A DNA stretch of 64,000 bases from an uncultured Gemmatimonadaceae bacterium (GCA_963790305.1 CAWBOC010000009.1:512001-576000), one strand, 5' to 3'; positions 1 to 10,924 are shown, counted from the first letter of the stretch. The notes: generated from the sequence alone by a model not told the origin. Made by a program: numbers and translations.

Positions 1-990
1 GTGGGCGCCGTACGGGCGGTGGACGGGATCTCCTTCGACGTGAAGCAGGGCGAAACGCTGGGCCTCGTCGGCGAATCGGGCTGCGGCAAGACGACCGCGG
101 GGCGCGCCATTCTCCGCCTCATCGAGCCGACATCGGGCCAGGTGAGGTTCGACGATGTCGATGTGCTCGCCCTCGACCCGGAGCGCCTGCGCGCGCTGCG
201 GCGCCGCATGCAGATCGTTTTCCAGGATCCCTTCTCATCGCTCAACCCGCGGATGACGGTGGGCGCGATCGTCCGCGAAGGGCTCATCATCCACCGGATC
301 GCGGAGGGCGCGGCGGCGCAGGCGCGCGTGAAGCAGCTCCTCGAGGAAGTGGGGCTTCGTGCGGAATACGCGACTCGATACCCGCACGAGTTCTCTGGCG
401 GCCAGCGGCAGCGGATCGGTATCGCACGGGCGCTCGCCGTCGAGCCGCGGTTCATTGTCTGTGACGAGCCGGTGTCGGCGCTCGACGTCTCGGTGCAGGC
501 GCAAGTGATCAACCTGCTCCAGGATCTGCAGCGCGATCGCGGTCTCACCTACCTGTTCATCGCACACGACCTGTCGGTCGTGGAGCATGTGGCGACGCGC
601 GTGGCCGTGATGTACCTCGGCCACATCGTCGAGCTCGCTGCGGCCGAGGACCTCTACGCCGAGCCGCTCATGCCCTATACGCAGGCACTCTTGTCGGCGG
701 TTCCCATCCCCGACCCGCGCAAGCGGAAGCAGCGCATCGTACTCACGGGCGACGTTCCTTCGCCGGCGAATCCCCCCCCGGGATGTCCATTTCATCCGCG
801 ATGTCATCATCCGGCACGAGACACCGCGTGCACGCGAATCATTCCGCCGCTCGAGGCGAAGGCGGAGGGCCACCTCGTCGCTTGCATCAAGCAGCTTCCA
901 ACCCGCATCAGCTGGGAAGAACAGCAGGCCGCAGGCGCGACAAACCGGCCCGAGCGCTACGTTCCGCTCGCGCTGGCCCCGCGCAGCTGA
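1..990 (+). CDS. Oligopeptide/dipeptide ABC transporter ATP-binding subunit (OppF/AppF type), probably 5'-truncated
   Basis: Walker A GESGCGKT, signature FSGGQRQR, Walker B IVCDEP, C-terminal oligo_HPY-like region (PYTQALL...GCPFHPRC). Confidence 0.93.
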   Translation: MGAVRAVDGISFDVKQGETLGLVGESGCGKTTAGRAILRLIEPTSGQVRFDDVDVLALDPERLRALRRRMQIVFQDPFSSLNPRMTVGAIVREGLIIHRIAEGAAAQARVKQLLEEVGLRAEYATRYPHEFSGGQRQRIGIARALAVEPRFIVCDEPVSALDVSVQAQVINLLQDLQRDRGLTYLFIAHDLSVVEHVATRVAVMYLGHIVELAAAEDLYAEPLMPYTQALLSAVPIPDPRKRKQRIVLTGDVPSPANPPPGCPFHPRCHHPARDTACTRIIPPLEAKAEGHLVACIKQLPTRISWEEQQAAGATNRPERYVPLALAPRS

Positions 991-1018
991 CCCTCACCCG
1001 AACCGCCGAGGACTTCTC

Positions 1019-2585
1019 GTGACGTCTCCCGTCAACGCCGGCGCGACTACGCTCGACCAGCCGCCGTCGCTCGATCGCCGGTTCTTCGGACACCCACGAG
1101 GGCTCGCCACACTCTTCTTCACGGAGATGTGGGAGCGGTTCTCGTTCTACGGCTTGCGTCCGCTGCTGGTGCTGTTCATGACGGCGGCGCTCGCCAGTGG
1201 CGGCTTTGGCTTCGACCGCACGGAGGCCTCGGCGATCGTCGGCATCTACGCCGCGAGCGTCTACCTCGCGTCGCTCCCCGGTGGGTGGGTGGCCGATCGC
1301 CTCCTTGGACTGCGGCGCGCCATTCAGGTTGGCGCGGTCTTCATCTCCGCAGGCCACCTGAGCATCGCGCTGTCCTCCTTCGCCGGGTCGAAGCTGCCGT
1401 TCTTCCTCGGCCTCATTCTGATCGTCATCGGCACCGGCCTGCTGAAGCCGAACATTTCGGCGATCGTTGGCGATCTGTATCCGGAGAGCGGAGCGCGGCG
1501 GGATGCGGGGTTCGCGATCTTTTACATGGGCATCAACATCGGTGCGACCGTCGGCCAGATCGTCACCGGCGTGTTAGGCGAGAAAGTCGGCTGGCACTGG
1601 GGCTTCGGCGCGGCCGGCGTCGGAATGCTGCTCGGTCTCATCGTGTACACGCTACGCGCACCGAAGACGCTCGGCTCCATCGGCGTGGAGCCGACACGCG
1701 ACCCCGACGCCGCGCGACAGGCCCGGCAGGAGCGCAACGTCAAGCTCACGATCGCGGTCGGGCTCGGAGCTCTCGTTCTCGCGATCGTGCTGGTGGCCAC
1801 CGGAACCGTGAGCGTGAGCGCCTCGGCGATCGCTCAGTCCATGACCTACGTGCTCGTGGGGACCGCGGTACTCTACTTCGCGTACATCTTTGCCGCGGGC
1901 GGCCTCAACAGCGACGAGAAGAAGCGCGTGGTGGTGATCTTCGTTCTCTTCCTGTTTGCGGCGGTATTCTGGGCGGCGTTCGAGCAGGCGCCGACGTCGC
2001 TCAACCTGTTCGCGAGAGACTTCACCGATCGCCAGATCGGTGGATTCGAGGTCCCGTCGACCTGGTTCCAGTCCGTAAACTCCGGGTTCATCATCCTGCT
2101 CTCCCCAGTGTTCGCGGCGTTGTGGATGACGCTGGCGCGGCGCGGCATCGATCTCTCCAGCCCGGCGAAGTTCGCCATGGGACTGTTGCTGGCGGGCATC
2201 GGCTTCTGGATGATGATCGGGGCCGCGAACATCATCCTCGAAGGCGGGCCGGGCACGCGAGTCTCTGCCTGGTGGCTCGTCGGCAGCTACTTCTTCCAGA
2301 CCATGGGTGAGCTGTTTCTGAGCCCCGTGGGTCTCTCGTCCATGACCAAGCTCTCACCGCGGAAATACGTCGGCCAGATGATGGGCATTCTGGTTTCTCG
2401 CGACCGCAGTCGGCAACCTGATTGCCGGGCTCGCGGGCGGGCACATCGATCCGAACAAGCTCGAGCAGATGCCCAGGCTATTCACGATTACGACCGTCTT
2501 TCTCATGGTGGCCGCGGCCGTTCTCGCGCTGCTCATCGTGCCGATTCGCCGTATGATCGCAACCACGAGAAACGCGCCGGCATGA
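1019..2585 (+). CDS. POT/PTR family proton-dependent di/tripeptide MFS transporter (apparent +1 frameshift at ~2388)
   Basis: FGHPRGL, EMWERFSFYG (ExxERFxYY-like) and GTGLLKPN motifs. Removing one base at ATGGGCATTCTGG restores MMGIWFLATAVGNLIAG... ending at TGA 2583-2585. Confidence 0.88.
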
Positions 2586-3250
2586 GACTGTGGCTCGCGT
2601 TGGCGTTTTCTCCTGTCCTCGCGGCGGCGTGTACGCCGGCGCCCCGTGGGATGCAGTCCATGGAGGTCGCCGCGGTAAAGGAGGGTGCGCCGCTTGGGCG
2701 GACTCGGCAGCAGGCGCGCGTCGTAATTACACGCGCATTGATCGAGATCGAGGTCGAGCAGGTCGCGCCGGCGATCGAGCACGCCACGCGCCTGGCGCAG
2801 GGCTTTGAAGGCTACGTCGAGAACGCAACGACGCGAGAGGACAAGCACGCGTACCTGCGGCTCCGCGTCCCATCATCGCGTCTCACCGAAGCGCTCGACT
2901 CGCTGGGTCGTCTCGGGAAGGTCACCGGCCGCAGCATGTCCCACGATGACGTCACCGCGCAATCGATCGACCTCGAAGCGCGCGTCGCGAGCTTTCGCGC
3001 CGCGCGTGACAAGCTGCGTGAGCTGCTGGATCGCGCCGTTTCCGTGGCGGACGCGGTTGCCGCCCAGGGCGAGCTCGCCCGCGTCCAGGCGGAGCTCGAC
3101 AGCCTCGAGGCTCAGCTGAAGACGCTGCAGAGCTCGGTCGCGCTTTCCGAGCTCACCGTCACCTTGAACCGCCGCGTCGTTCTCGGCCCTCTCGGCCTCG
3201 TCGCGTCGGGCCTCGCCAAGGTGATCGGCAAGCTGTTCGTCTGGCGTTAG
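2582..3250 (+). CDS. DUF4349-like lipoprotein
   Basis: ATGA overlap with the corrected transporter stop; lipobox-like LAAAC; LRLRVP...DVTAQSIDLEAR...coiled coil; hydrophobic C-terminus. Confidence 0.78.
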   Translation: MRLWLALAFSPVLAAACTPAPRGMQSMEVAAVKEGAPLGRTRQQARVVITRALIEIEVEQVAPAIEHATRLAQGFEGYVENATTREDKHAYLRLRVPSSRLTEALDSLGRLGKVTGRSMSHDDVTAQSIDLEARVASFRAARDKLRELLDRAVSVADAVAAQGELARVQAELDSLEAQLKTLQSSVALSELTVTLNRRVVLGPLGLVASGLAKVIGKLFVWR

Positions 3251-3261
3251 GCGAGCAGGCC

Positions 3262-4941
3262 TCAGGGCCAGTTGAACACGCTGGCCGGAACCGAGCGCTC
3301 ACGGCTTCTGCTGACGTCACCCGGCTCGCGCCAATCACGGCCGGCCACCAGGTGCGTAAGGCGAGCCTCCCACTTCGAGTTCGGATCGCCGCGCATGGGC
3401 ACCGCGATATCCAGGCGCCATGTCCGCTTCGACCGGGGTGGAACGGCGGCGAGGAGGCTGGCCCCCACGGCGTACCGCACCGGCGTATCTATCCCGTAGG
3501 GTGCGTCCCCCTTCCACACGCGTCCCGCGTCGGCAAACACGGCCACGCCAATATCCGCCTGGCGCAGCAGCTGGCCCACGTACCAGCGATCCTCGAGTCG
3601 AGCAACGGACCGTCGCGCACCAGCTTCCTCCGACCGTCGATACCCGCGGACGCCACCAGGGGCAGAGCCTAACGTCAGCTGAAATGGTATGCGCTGTCGC
3701 CATCCGGCCGACCAGTCGAGCGAGGCAGTCACGGTGTGCCGCGCCGACACGCGCCGAATTCCAGCGAGGCGAGCGCTGCCGAGCACTCCGTCCCATCGGT
3801 TCAAGTCGTAGTTCTGCCGTCCTTCGCCGCGCGCCGTGAGCATGAGGATGCCACTCTCGCCTCCGATCGCTCCATAGAGGTCGGCAGCGAGTAGGTAGTC
3901 GTCGTCGGTCGTATTGAGAATCGACAAGCTTCGGCCGATCAGTGTGCCGATCTGGAAGCCGAGCCGGATGTCCTGCGTTGCCGTCAGTCCATCGAACCGC
4001 TCGACGCGCCGGAATCGCACGTTGCGAAGCCCCCAGAGGGCATTCACCCGGGCGTTGCGTCGTCCGGCATGTCTCGCGAGCAGCGAGTCGTAGTCGAATC
4101 CCGCGATGGCCGTCGGCGGAAGAAAGGGCGTGTCCTCCTCCTGCGAGAAGGAGACACCGAACAGGCTCAGGCGCCCGGGCAGGCCAATGCGTACGACCGC
4201 GCCGAGGTCGAGAAACTTTCGCTCGAACGCGAACGGAATTCTCTCGGCGTCCGGACGGCGGAACTCGAAGAGCTCGCGAATGGCGCCGAACGAGGCTCGC
4301 CAGGCGAAGCGCTGCTGGTCGGTGAAAAAGGGGTGCGACAGGTCGGTGTTCCAATCCGCCATGTCATGATCGCGGCGGGCGATCAATGCAGCGAGCACGT
4401 AATGCCGCCCGAGAAACTGGTGATCGACACCCTGAATCGCGTACGTGTCGCGTGATGTGCCGTCGCGCCACTGTCCGGCGACGTAGGTGCCGCTGCCAAA
4501 CAGGTTGCCCTCGCCGAGCTTGAGCCCCCTGATTCGCGCGCCCGACGTCGAAACTCCGACGACGGGCGTGAGCTCATCGCGCGTCTCGACCAGCAGCGAG
4601 ACGGTCCCCGCCGTATCCGGGATGACGGCGATGCTGGCGTCGGCGAGGAATGGCTGGGCGCGGAGAATACGCTCCGACTCCGCACGCTCCAGCTCGATAC
4701 AGGGTCTCCCCTCTTTGAGGATGAGAAACCGTCGAACGACTCCCGGCTGCGTCGTCGTGTGCAAATCGGTGGCGAAGCGGAGCGGAGCCTCCCACCAGCG
4801 GGTTCCCAGCGCCTCGAAGGGCCCGTGCGTGACAATGGATACGTCAGAGATGATCTCGCCCTGACACTGCGCTGTCTGCGCGCCGGCGTTCGCGGCAATG
4901 ACGGGGACGACCGCGGACCACCACAACCGAGCAACCCGCAC
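3262..4941 (-). CDS. Omp85/BamA-TamA-like outer membrane protein
   Basis: Signal peptide, POTRA-like segment (ESERILRAQPFL, GEGNLFGSG), VRGY loop motif, AVFADAGRVW strand. Confidence 0.7.
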   Translation of the reverse strand: MRVARLWWSAVVPVIAANAGAQTAQCQGEIISDVSIVTHGPFEALGTRWWEAPLRFATDLHTTTQPGVVRRFLILKEGRPCIELERAESERILRAQPFLADASIAVIPDTAGTVSLLVETRDELTPVVGVSTSGARIRGLKLGEGNLFGSGTYVAGQWRDGTSRDTYAIQGVDHQFLGRHYVLAALIARRDHDMADWNTDLSHPFFTDQQRFAWRASFGAIRELFEFRRPDAERIPFAFERKFLDLGAVVRIGLPGRLSLFGVSFSQEEDTPFLPPTAIAGFDYDSLLARHAGRRNARVNALWGLRNVRFRRVERFDGLTATQDIRLGFQIGTLIGRSLSILNTTDDDYLLAADLYGAIGGESGILMLTARGEGRQNYDLNRWDGVLGSARLAGIRRVSARHTVTASLDWSAGWRQRIPFQLTLGSAPGGVRGYRRSEEAGARRSVARLEDRWYVGQLLRQADIGVAVFADAGRVWKGDAPYGIDTPVRYAVGASLLAAVPPRSKRTWRLDIAVPMRGDPNSKWEARLTHLVAGRDWREPGDVSRSRERSVPASVFNWP

Positions 4942-4944
4942 GTG

Positions 4945-5484
4945 CTACTTCCCCATCCGGCGCTTGAGCTCGTCGAGCTGACGCTGCGCGGTGGCGTCGC
5001 GAGCGGTGCGATCGATGTCGCGACGCAGGGCATCGCTCTCGGCGCGCGCTTCCTCCAAGGGATCGGCCATCGTCGGCGCCGGGGCGACGTCAGGAGGCAC
5101 GACGCCGGCGTACGCCGCTCGCACCTGCGCTGTCATGTCTTCGATCTCGTGTTCGGCCAGGGCGAGCTCGTCCTGCTGCGCCACGAGCTTCTTTTCCAAC
5201 ACGGCGACCCGCTCGCTGTGTTTCCGCTCATACTGTTCCGCGATGCGCACCGTCTCGCGATCGTCGATGTCGGCGGCGAGCTTGCCGCGTCGCCGAACCG
5301 TGTCGAGCTCGGCTCGTTCTGCCTCGAGCCGCGCACGCGTGCGGTCGACGCCCTGGCGCAGGTCGGCAAGGCCGACCTTCGCCTGCACGAGCGCGTCGCG
5401 CATTTGTGCAAGAGCCGCGCGCCCCTGCGGAGAGGACGCGCGGCTCACGGCGTCGCGCAGCGTCTCCTTCAGGCGCTCGAACAT
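4945..5484 (-). CDS. PspA/IM30-like coiled-coil protein
   Basis: MFERLKETL start, long helical heptads, C-terminal QLDELKRRMGK typical of the PspA family. Confidence 0.6.
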   Translation of the reverse strand: MFERLKETLRDAVSRASSPQGRAALAQMRDALVQAKVGLADLRQGVDRTRARLEAERAELDTVRRRGKLAADIDDRETVRIAEQYERKHSERVAVLEKKLVAQQDELALAEHEIEDMTAQVRAAYAGVVPPDVAPAPTMADPLEEARAESDALRRDIDRTARDATAQRQLDELKRRMGK

Positions 5485-5512
5485 CGCCGGGCGTGCGAGG
5501 AGGAGCGGACGA

Positions 5513-5677
5513 TCACGACTTGCGAGGAGTTTTTGCGTAGAAGCTGGACATGACACGCTCCACTTCCTGCGACTTGCATTCTGGGCACGTCGCGGCGCCG
5601 GCGTTGTGATCGGCGATCTTCTCGCGAGTGGTGAACTGCTGGCCGCATTTCCGGCATCGATAATCGTAGCTTGGCAT
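5513..5677 (-). CDS. FmdB-family zinc ribbon protein
   Basis: MPSYDYRCRKCG...CPECKS...VERVMS; GAGGGG RBS upstream. Confidence 0.88.
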   Translation of the reverse strand: MPSYDYRCRKCGQQFTTREKIADHNAGAATCPECKSQEVERVMSSFYAKTPRKS

Positions 5678-5763
5678 GACGCCCCTCGGGTCGAATGGTC
5701 CGCCCGTGTAGGATACTCGGAGAGCGTCCGCGCGCAAGCGTTTCGGGTGCGCGCGCCCCGCGC

Positions 5764-6492
5764 CTAACTCAGCCGCCAGCGCGCCTCGTCCCGGACCTGC
5801 CGCAGGAGGCGATCGGGCGTGTTCAGGTCGGGGAATAGCAACGTGTCGCTGACCTGGTTCAGGGCCACGCGAAGGCGCTCGAAACGCTCCGCCGCCACCA
5901 GGTATAGCTGGGACAGACCATATTGATGCGCCAGGCGGTGATCCGCGGCCATTCGGAACCCGCGTCGGCCCATCTCCGCGTAGTAATCGAGATCGGGGCC
6001 ACCGCGCCGCCATTTCCGGTGCTCGATGTAATCGGGGAACAGGCCGCTCACCCACAACGCGTAGTTCCCGAGATGCGCCCGTACGAGGAACGCACGGCGC
6101 GGATCGGAGCGCTCGGCATCCTCGAGCAACGTCGCCAACGTGTCGTATTGCTCATCATCGCTCGAGCCCACGCGCGACGCACGATCCTTCAGACCGAAGT
6201 GCACCACGATCGCCGCGACATAGTCTGCCAGCGTCCGGTCGTCCTCGCCCACGCCGCGCAGCGCATGCCGCACGACGACGTAGCAGAACAGCGGCAGCGA
6301 TGCGCGACCGCCGAGGGGCTGTTGCACGAGCGCGGCGAGCAGCCGGGGATCGTCGAGCACCGCATCGATCCCTTCTTCGCGCAGCATTGCTTCGGCATCG
6401 TCGGGGCGGCCGACGCCGGCGCGCGCGAGGAGATGCACGGCCAGCTGCGCATCATCACGCGTGAGAGATTCGCGAACGTTCGCGAGAATCAT
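5764..6492 (-). CDS. Conserved hypothetical protein
   Basis: Natural-looking 242-aa ORF with motifs LGNYALWVSGLFPD and YYAEMGRRGF; function unknown. Confidence 0.7.
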   Translation of the reverse strand: MILANVRESLTRDDAQLAVHLLARAGVGRPDDAEAMLREEGIDAVLDDPRLLAALVQQPLGGRASLPLFCYVVVRHALRGVGEDDRTLADYVAAIVVHFGLKDRASRVGSSDDEQYDTLATLLEDAERSDPRRAFLVRAHLGNYALWVSGLFPDYIEHRKWRRGGPDLDYYAEMGRRGFRMAADHRLAHQYGLSQLYLVAAERFERLRVALNQVSDTLLFPDLNTPDRLLRQVRDEARWRLS

Positions 6493-6645
6493 GAGTCCCC
6501 CACCCGAAACGGAGTCGTGCCTGTTCTCACCGTGGTACACCGTACGTGCCATGGAGTGCGCACGATAGGTCCTACCCGTGTGACGATCGCCCACACCCGG
6601 AGTAAAACCACGCGTTGGCAGTCTCACCTCGAGGCTGCTAACGAA

Positions 6646-6678
6646 AGACGCGCGGAACCACGTGGGTCCCGCGCGTCT
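6646..6678 (-). terminator. Probable intrinsic terminator of the M28 peptidase gene
   Basis: Stem AGACGCGCGG/CCGCGCGTCT followed by a short U-rich tract on the minus strand. Confidence 0.55.
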
Positions 6679-6698
6679 CGATTTCGGTGCGCCTGCGG

Positions 6699-8285
6699 TC
6701 AGCGGCCAGGCCGCGGTCGCTCAGCGCGATTGGCGACCGCGAGCGCCGATCGCATGATCAGCTCCGACACTCGAGACAACTTGTTGAAATCGATCTTCGA
6801 CACCTCGTCGCTGACCTTGTGATAATCCTCATGAAGCCCGGTGGTGTAGAACACGATCGGGATGCCGCGGTTGGCATAGCTGAAGTGGTCGCTGCGGTGA
6901 TAGATGTCCTCGGGATGGTTGGGAGAATCCCAGTCCCTATTGATCGTGAATGGGCGGGCGAGCGCCGAGTTGACGGAGTCGACCAGTTGCCCCAGCAGGC
7001 GATTCTGCCCGTTAGGTTCGGCCCGCGGACCCACGAGCATGAGAGAGTCCGGCGCATTGCGGCCGATCATGTCGGCGTTGAGCTGCGCCACGATCGAATC
7101 GACTGGTACGGTCGGGTGGGTGACGAACCACTCCGATCCCAGCATTCCCGATTCCTCGCCGGTATGCCACACGAACAACACCGATCGCCGAGGTTTCGTC
7201 GGCGACGCCGCAAGAGCACGTGCGATCGCGACGAGTCCCATCGATCCCGACCCATCATCGTCGGCTCCATTGGCGATCGAGTCGCTCCCGCTCCGGGGCT
7301 GCACGCCGATGTGGTCGAGATGGGCGCCGAGGGCGACATAGCTTTGCGCGAGCGCGGGATCTGCGCCGCGTAACACCCCGACGACGTTGTAGCTTGCTGC
7401 CTGCGCCCGCCCGAGGTTGATCTTCGCGGTCAGGTGGCGGCCCAGAGCCTGCGGCTTGTCATCCGCCGGCCACCCCGATGGAAGCAAGGGCGAGCCCGCA
7501 CGTGGCCGGGCGAACATCACCATTGGCACGACGCGCTCTGGCTCCCGCGCCCCGGCGCCCAGCTCGAGCGAGCCATTCGTCACTTCGCTCGCCACAGCGT
7601 CGAAATCGTCCTCGAGGTTGCCTGTTGCGACGATGACCACTCCAGCGGCACCGCGATTCAGGATCGCACCGAGTCGCTCGCCAAGCTGCTCGGGCATTTC
7701 CAGTCGGGCTCGCGTCGCCGAATCTGCGTTGGCCGGTGCGCCGCCCAGGAAGACCACGATCTTCCCTGTCACGTCCAGTCCAGCCAGGTCATTGCGGCCG
7801 AGTTGGGGCGCAGTGAGGGCATATCCGGCGAAAACCAGCTCGCCTTCCGCGGCTAGTTGAGTATGGTACTGCGCGACGCGGAGCACCGGGGCGATGTCCT
7901 TGCCGAGCTCGAGCTCGGTGGCACGTCCTCGCGAGGTGACGAGGAATTTCGTCGTAGCACCAAAGACCTGGCGCGACAGCGGCACGCGCTGAAAGAACCC
8001 GCTGTCTCCCGCCGGCTGGATTCCGATCGCCGTTAGGCGTTCGGCGATGAACTCGGCGGCCCGGCGTGCCGCTGGAGTCCCCGCCAGCCGTCCTTGAAAG
8101 CCATCCGACGCGAACACCGTGAGGTCTGCGCGCAGGGCAGACACGTCGATTGGGGGAACGACCGCGGGGGGCGCCGCCGTCGACGGCGCGTCGGTGGCGG
8201 GTGCACGTGCGGGCGTCGGATTACTGACCGGCGTCTGGGAGCACGCTCCCAGACAGACAAAGAGCAGCGTCGCGAGGCGGCGCAT
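6699..8285 (-). CDS. M28 family metallopeptidase lipoprotein with PA-type insert
   Basis: Lipobox LGAC; GAHLDH, NGADDDGSG, GEESG, NADMIGR, RSDH and DYH metal-binding motifs. Confidence 0.92.
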   Translation of the reverse strand: MRRLATLLFVCLGACSQTPVSNPTPARAPATDAPSTAAPPAVVPPIDVSALRADLTVFASDGFQGRLAGTPAARRAAEFIAERLTAIGIQPAGDSGFFQRVPLSRQVFGATTKFLVTSRGRATELELGKDIAPVLRVAQYHTQLAAEGELVFAGYALTAPQLGRNDLAGLDVTGKIVVFLGGAPANADSATRARLEMPEQLGERLGAILNRGAAGVVIVATGNLEDDFDAVASEVTNGSLELGAGAREPERVVPMVMFARPRAGSPLLPSGWPADDKPQALGRHLTAKINLGRAQAASYNVVGVLRGADPALAQSYVALGAHLDHIGVQPRSGSDSIANGADDDGSGSMGLVAIARALAASPTKPRRSVLFVWHTGEESGMLGSEWFVTHPTVPVDSIVAQLNADMIGRNAPDSLMLVGPRAEPNGQNRLLGQLVDSVNSALARPFTINRDWDSPNHPEDIYHRSDHFSYANRGIPIVFYTTGLHEDYHKVSDEVSKIDFNKLSRVSELIMRSALAVANRAERPRPGR

Positions 8286-8457
8286 GTGGTCTCCGGAGAA
8301 GGTTCGGTGGGGGAACAGGTCGGAGGCTAACCGTCAGGCACGTGACGGGCAAGCGTGGAACGTTTGCCAAGTCGTTCGAAGGGCGTCAGGTTTGTTGACA
8401 CCAACCACGACGACTTCACAGGAACGCAACGCTGCTCGACAGGTATCATCATACCGT

Positions 8458-9210
8458 ATGCTCTACCTCTGCATTCCGACCTACGACGAGGCGCCTACCA
8501 TCGGGTTGCTCCTGTGGCGCATCCGAAAGGTCTTCGAGAGTTTCCCGCGTGAGTACGAGATTCTCGTGCTCAACGACGGAAGCACCGACGGGACGGCTGA
8601 AACACTCGAGCCGTATCGTGAGGTGCTCCCGCTCACCGTGCTCCGGCACGACGAGCGGCGCGGGTACGCCGCAGCGATCGAGACCCTGTTGCGGGCGGTG
8701 GCGCAGCGCACGCGGTACCCACGGCGCAATGCGGCCATCCTCATGCAAGCGGACTTTACCGATCAGCCCGAGCACCTTCCGGAGCTGATCAAGCGGCATG
8801 AGGGCGGCGCCGACCTCGTTGTCGCCGAACAGGCGGTCGCGCCGGCGAGCGCGCCGGCGGCTGTGCGCCGGCTCCGTCGAGTCGGCCAATGGCTGCTGCG
8901 TCCCTTCGTGCGCGTGCCGGGCGTGAACGATCCACTCGGTTCATATCGTTTGATGCGTATCGCCGTGGTCCGTGATCTGCTCAAGGAGAACGGCGAGGCC
9001 CGTCTGCTCAAGGCAAATGGGTGGGCCGCGAACGTGGAGCTGCTGGCCAAGGCGGCGCGATTCGCGCGACGAATCGAAGTAGTTTCGCTCGAGCCGCGTT
9101 ATGACCTCCGTCCGCGAGCGACGCGGGTTCGGCCTCTTGCCGGCGCAATGGATCTTTACCGTTTCGGTCGGGCCGCTGGGGCCCGCCGAGCCGCACCGAC
9201 ATCGACATGA
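8458..9210 (+). CDS. Glycosyltransferase family 2 protein
   Basis: IPTYDE, LNDGSTDGT and QADFTD motifs. Confidence 0.88.
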   Translation: MLYLCIPTYDEAPTIGLLLWRIRKVFESFPREYEILVLNDGSTDGTAETLEPYREVLPLTVLRHDERRGYAAAIETLLRAVAQRTRYPRRNAAILMQADFTDQPEHLPELIKRHEGGADLVVAEQAVAPASAPAAVRRLRRVGQWLLRPFVRVPGVNDPLGSYRLMRIAVVRDLLKENGEARLLKANGWAANVELLAKAARFARRIEVVSLEPRYDLRPRATRVRPLAGAMDLYRFGRAAGARRAAPTST

Positions 9211-9956
9211 CAACAACTCTGGTGGCTGATCTGCTCGCGATCGTCGTGGCACTCACGACGGCCGTCGAGCCGGCACGACAGATTCCCGTCCCTTTCTCCA
9301 TCGGCGAGCGCCTCGAGTACGATGTGAAGTTCGGCGTGCTGAAGGTGGGAAACGGCAAGATGGAAGTGCTGGGCATCGAGAACATCCGTGGCCGCGACGC
9401 CTGGCACACCGCGTTTACCGTCAAGGGCGGAACGTTCTTCTACAAAGTGAACGATCGACTCGAGAGCTGGATCGATACCGAGACGTTCGCATCGCTGCGC
9501 CACGTGCAGGACCTTCAGGAAGGCAAGCGCGATCGTGAGCGCCGCTTCGAGATTTATCCCGACCGCCTGGTGTATACGGAGAATGACAGCGAGGAGCGGC
9601 CCACCGCGCGCGACCCGCTCGATGATGGATCGTTCCTGTATTTCATTCGCACTGTGCCGCTTTCGGTGGGGCAGACGTACGACTTTCCGCGATACTTTCG
9701 ACCGGATCGCAATCCCGTTCGGGTGCGCGTCCTCCGGAAGGAGTCAGTGAAGGTCCCTGCCGGACGATTCGATGCCATCGTTATCCAGCCGATCATCAAG
9801 TCGAAGGGCATCTTCTCCGAGAACGGTCAGGCCGAGATCTGGTTGTCGGATGACGACCGCCGTATCATGCTGCAGATGAAGTCGAACCTGTCGTTCGGCA
9901 CCCTCAACCTGTACCTGAAATCGTACACCGCAGGGACGGCGACCGCGGCGAAGTGA
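9207..9956 (+). CDS. DUF3108-like exported protein
   Basis: GERLEYDVKFG, KVPAGRFDA and IWLSDD motifs; ATGA overlap with the GT2 gene. Confidence 0.78.
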   Translation: MTTTLVADLLAIVVALTTAVEPARQIPVPFSIGERLEYDVKFGVLKVGNGKMEVLGIENIRGRDAWHTAFTVKGGTFFYKVNDRLESWIDTETFASLRHVQDLQEGKRDRERRFEIYPDRLVYTENDSEERPTARDPLDDGSFLYFIRTVPLSVGQTYDFPRYFRPDRNPVRVRVLRKESVKVPAGRFDAIVIQPIIKSKGIFSENGQAEIWLSDDDRRIMLQMKSNLSFGTLNLYLKSYTAGTATAAK

Positions 9957-10924
9957 CGCCAGAGGCGGACCTGTCACGGGTCCGCACCGTTCCCATCGCG
10001 CACCGCCCGAACAAGGTACGCGCCGAAGAGTTCGCTGCGCCGCCCGGCGCCGATCGCTCTTTCGGCGCGTTCTTGCGCTCGCTTCCGGATGTGCTCGCCG
10101 CGCGCGACTTCCGGCGCATCGTGGAGGCCGTAGCCGACGCCGCCCGTCGGCGCGCCGTGGTCGCGATGGCTGGCGGGCACGTCGTGAAGACCGGAGTCGC
10201 TCCCGTGCTGCTCGAGCTGATGCGGGAACGCGTCATCACGCACCTCGCCTTGAATGGATCGGCGGCGATTCATGACTACGAGGTCGCGCGCTGGGGTGGT
10301 ACCTCGGAGGACGTCGCCGCTGGTCTGCGCGACGGGACGTTTGGCATGGCCGAGGAGACCGGCCGCGAAATGAACGAGGCCATCATCAAAGGGCAGCGCT
10401 CCGGATGGGGGATGGGTGAGGCGCTCGCGCGGGCACTGGCATCACGCTCCGATCTTGCGCACGCGGAGCTGTCCCTGATGATCGGCGCGCACGAGCTCGG
10501 TATTCCCACGAGTGTTCACGCGGCGATCGGGGCGGAAATCATCCACCAGCACCCGGCGGCTGACGGAGCCGCGATCGGCGAGACGAGCCATCGCGACTTC
10601 CGCCGGCTCGCCGCGTCGCTCCCCGCGCTGCATGACGGCGGCGTCGTGCTCAACCTCGGAAGCGCCGTGATCCTGCCAGAGGTGTTTCTCAAGGCGCTGA
10701 CGATCGCGCGCAACCTCGGGAATGGACGGCCGACGCACTTCACGACATGCGACTTCGACATGCTTCGTCACTACCGGCCGCGCGTGAACGTCGTGCAGCG
10801 TCCCACACTCGAGGGAGGCGCCGGCTACGAGATCACCGGGCACCACGAGATCATGGTGCCCCTCCTGGCCTGGTCAGTGATCGAGAGGCTCGAGTCGAAC
10901 CAGCCGGCGAGCCGTCACGGGTAG
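9953..10924 (+). CDS. Deoxyhypusine-synthase-like (DHS-like fold) protein of unknown function
   Basis: GGHVVKTG, NGSAAIHD, GSAVILPEVFLKAL and GHHEIMVP motifs; GTGA overlap. Confidence 0.6.
   Translation: MTPEADLSRVRTVPIAHRPNKVRAEEFAAPPGADRSFGAFLRSLPDVLAARDFRRIVEAVADAARRRAVVAMAGGHVVKTGVAPVLLELMRERVITHLALNGSAAIHDYEVARWGGTSEDVAAGLRDGTFGMAEETGREMNEAIIKGQRSGWGMGEALARALASRSDLAHAELSLMIGAHELGIPTSVHAAIGAEIIHQHPAADGAAIGETSHRDFRRLAASLPALHDGGVVLNLGSAVILPEVFLKALTIARNLGNGRPTHFTTCDFDMLRHYRPRVNVVQRPTLEGGAGYEITGHHEIMVPLLAWSVIERLESNQPASRHG

Noticed and set aside
1019..3250. 743-aa POT transporter-DUF4349 fusion in the ORF track
   Set aside because: Produced by a single extra base at ~2388; the other frame holds the normal last TM helices and a stop overlapping the DUF4349 ATG
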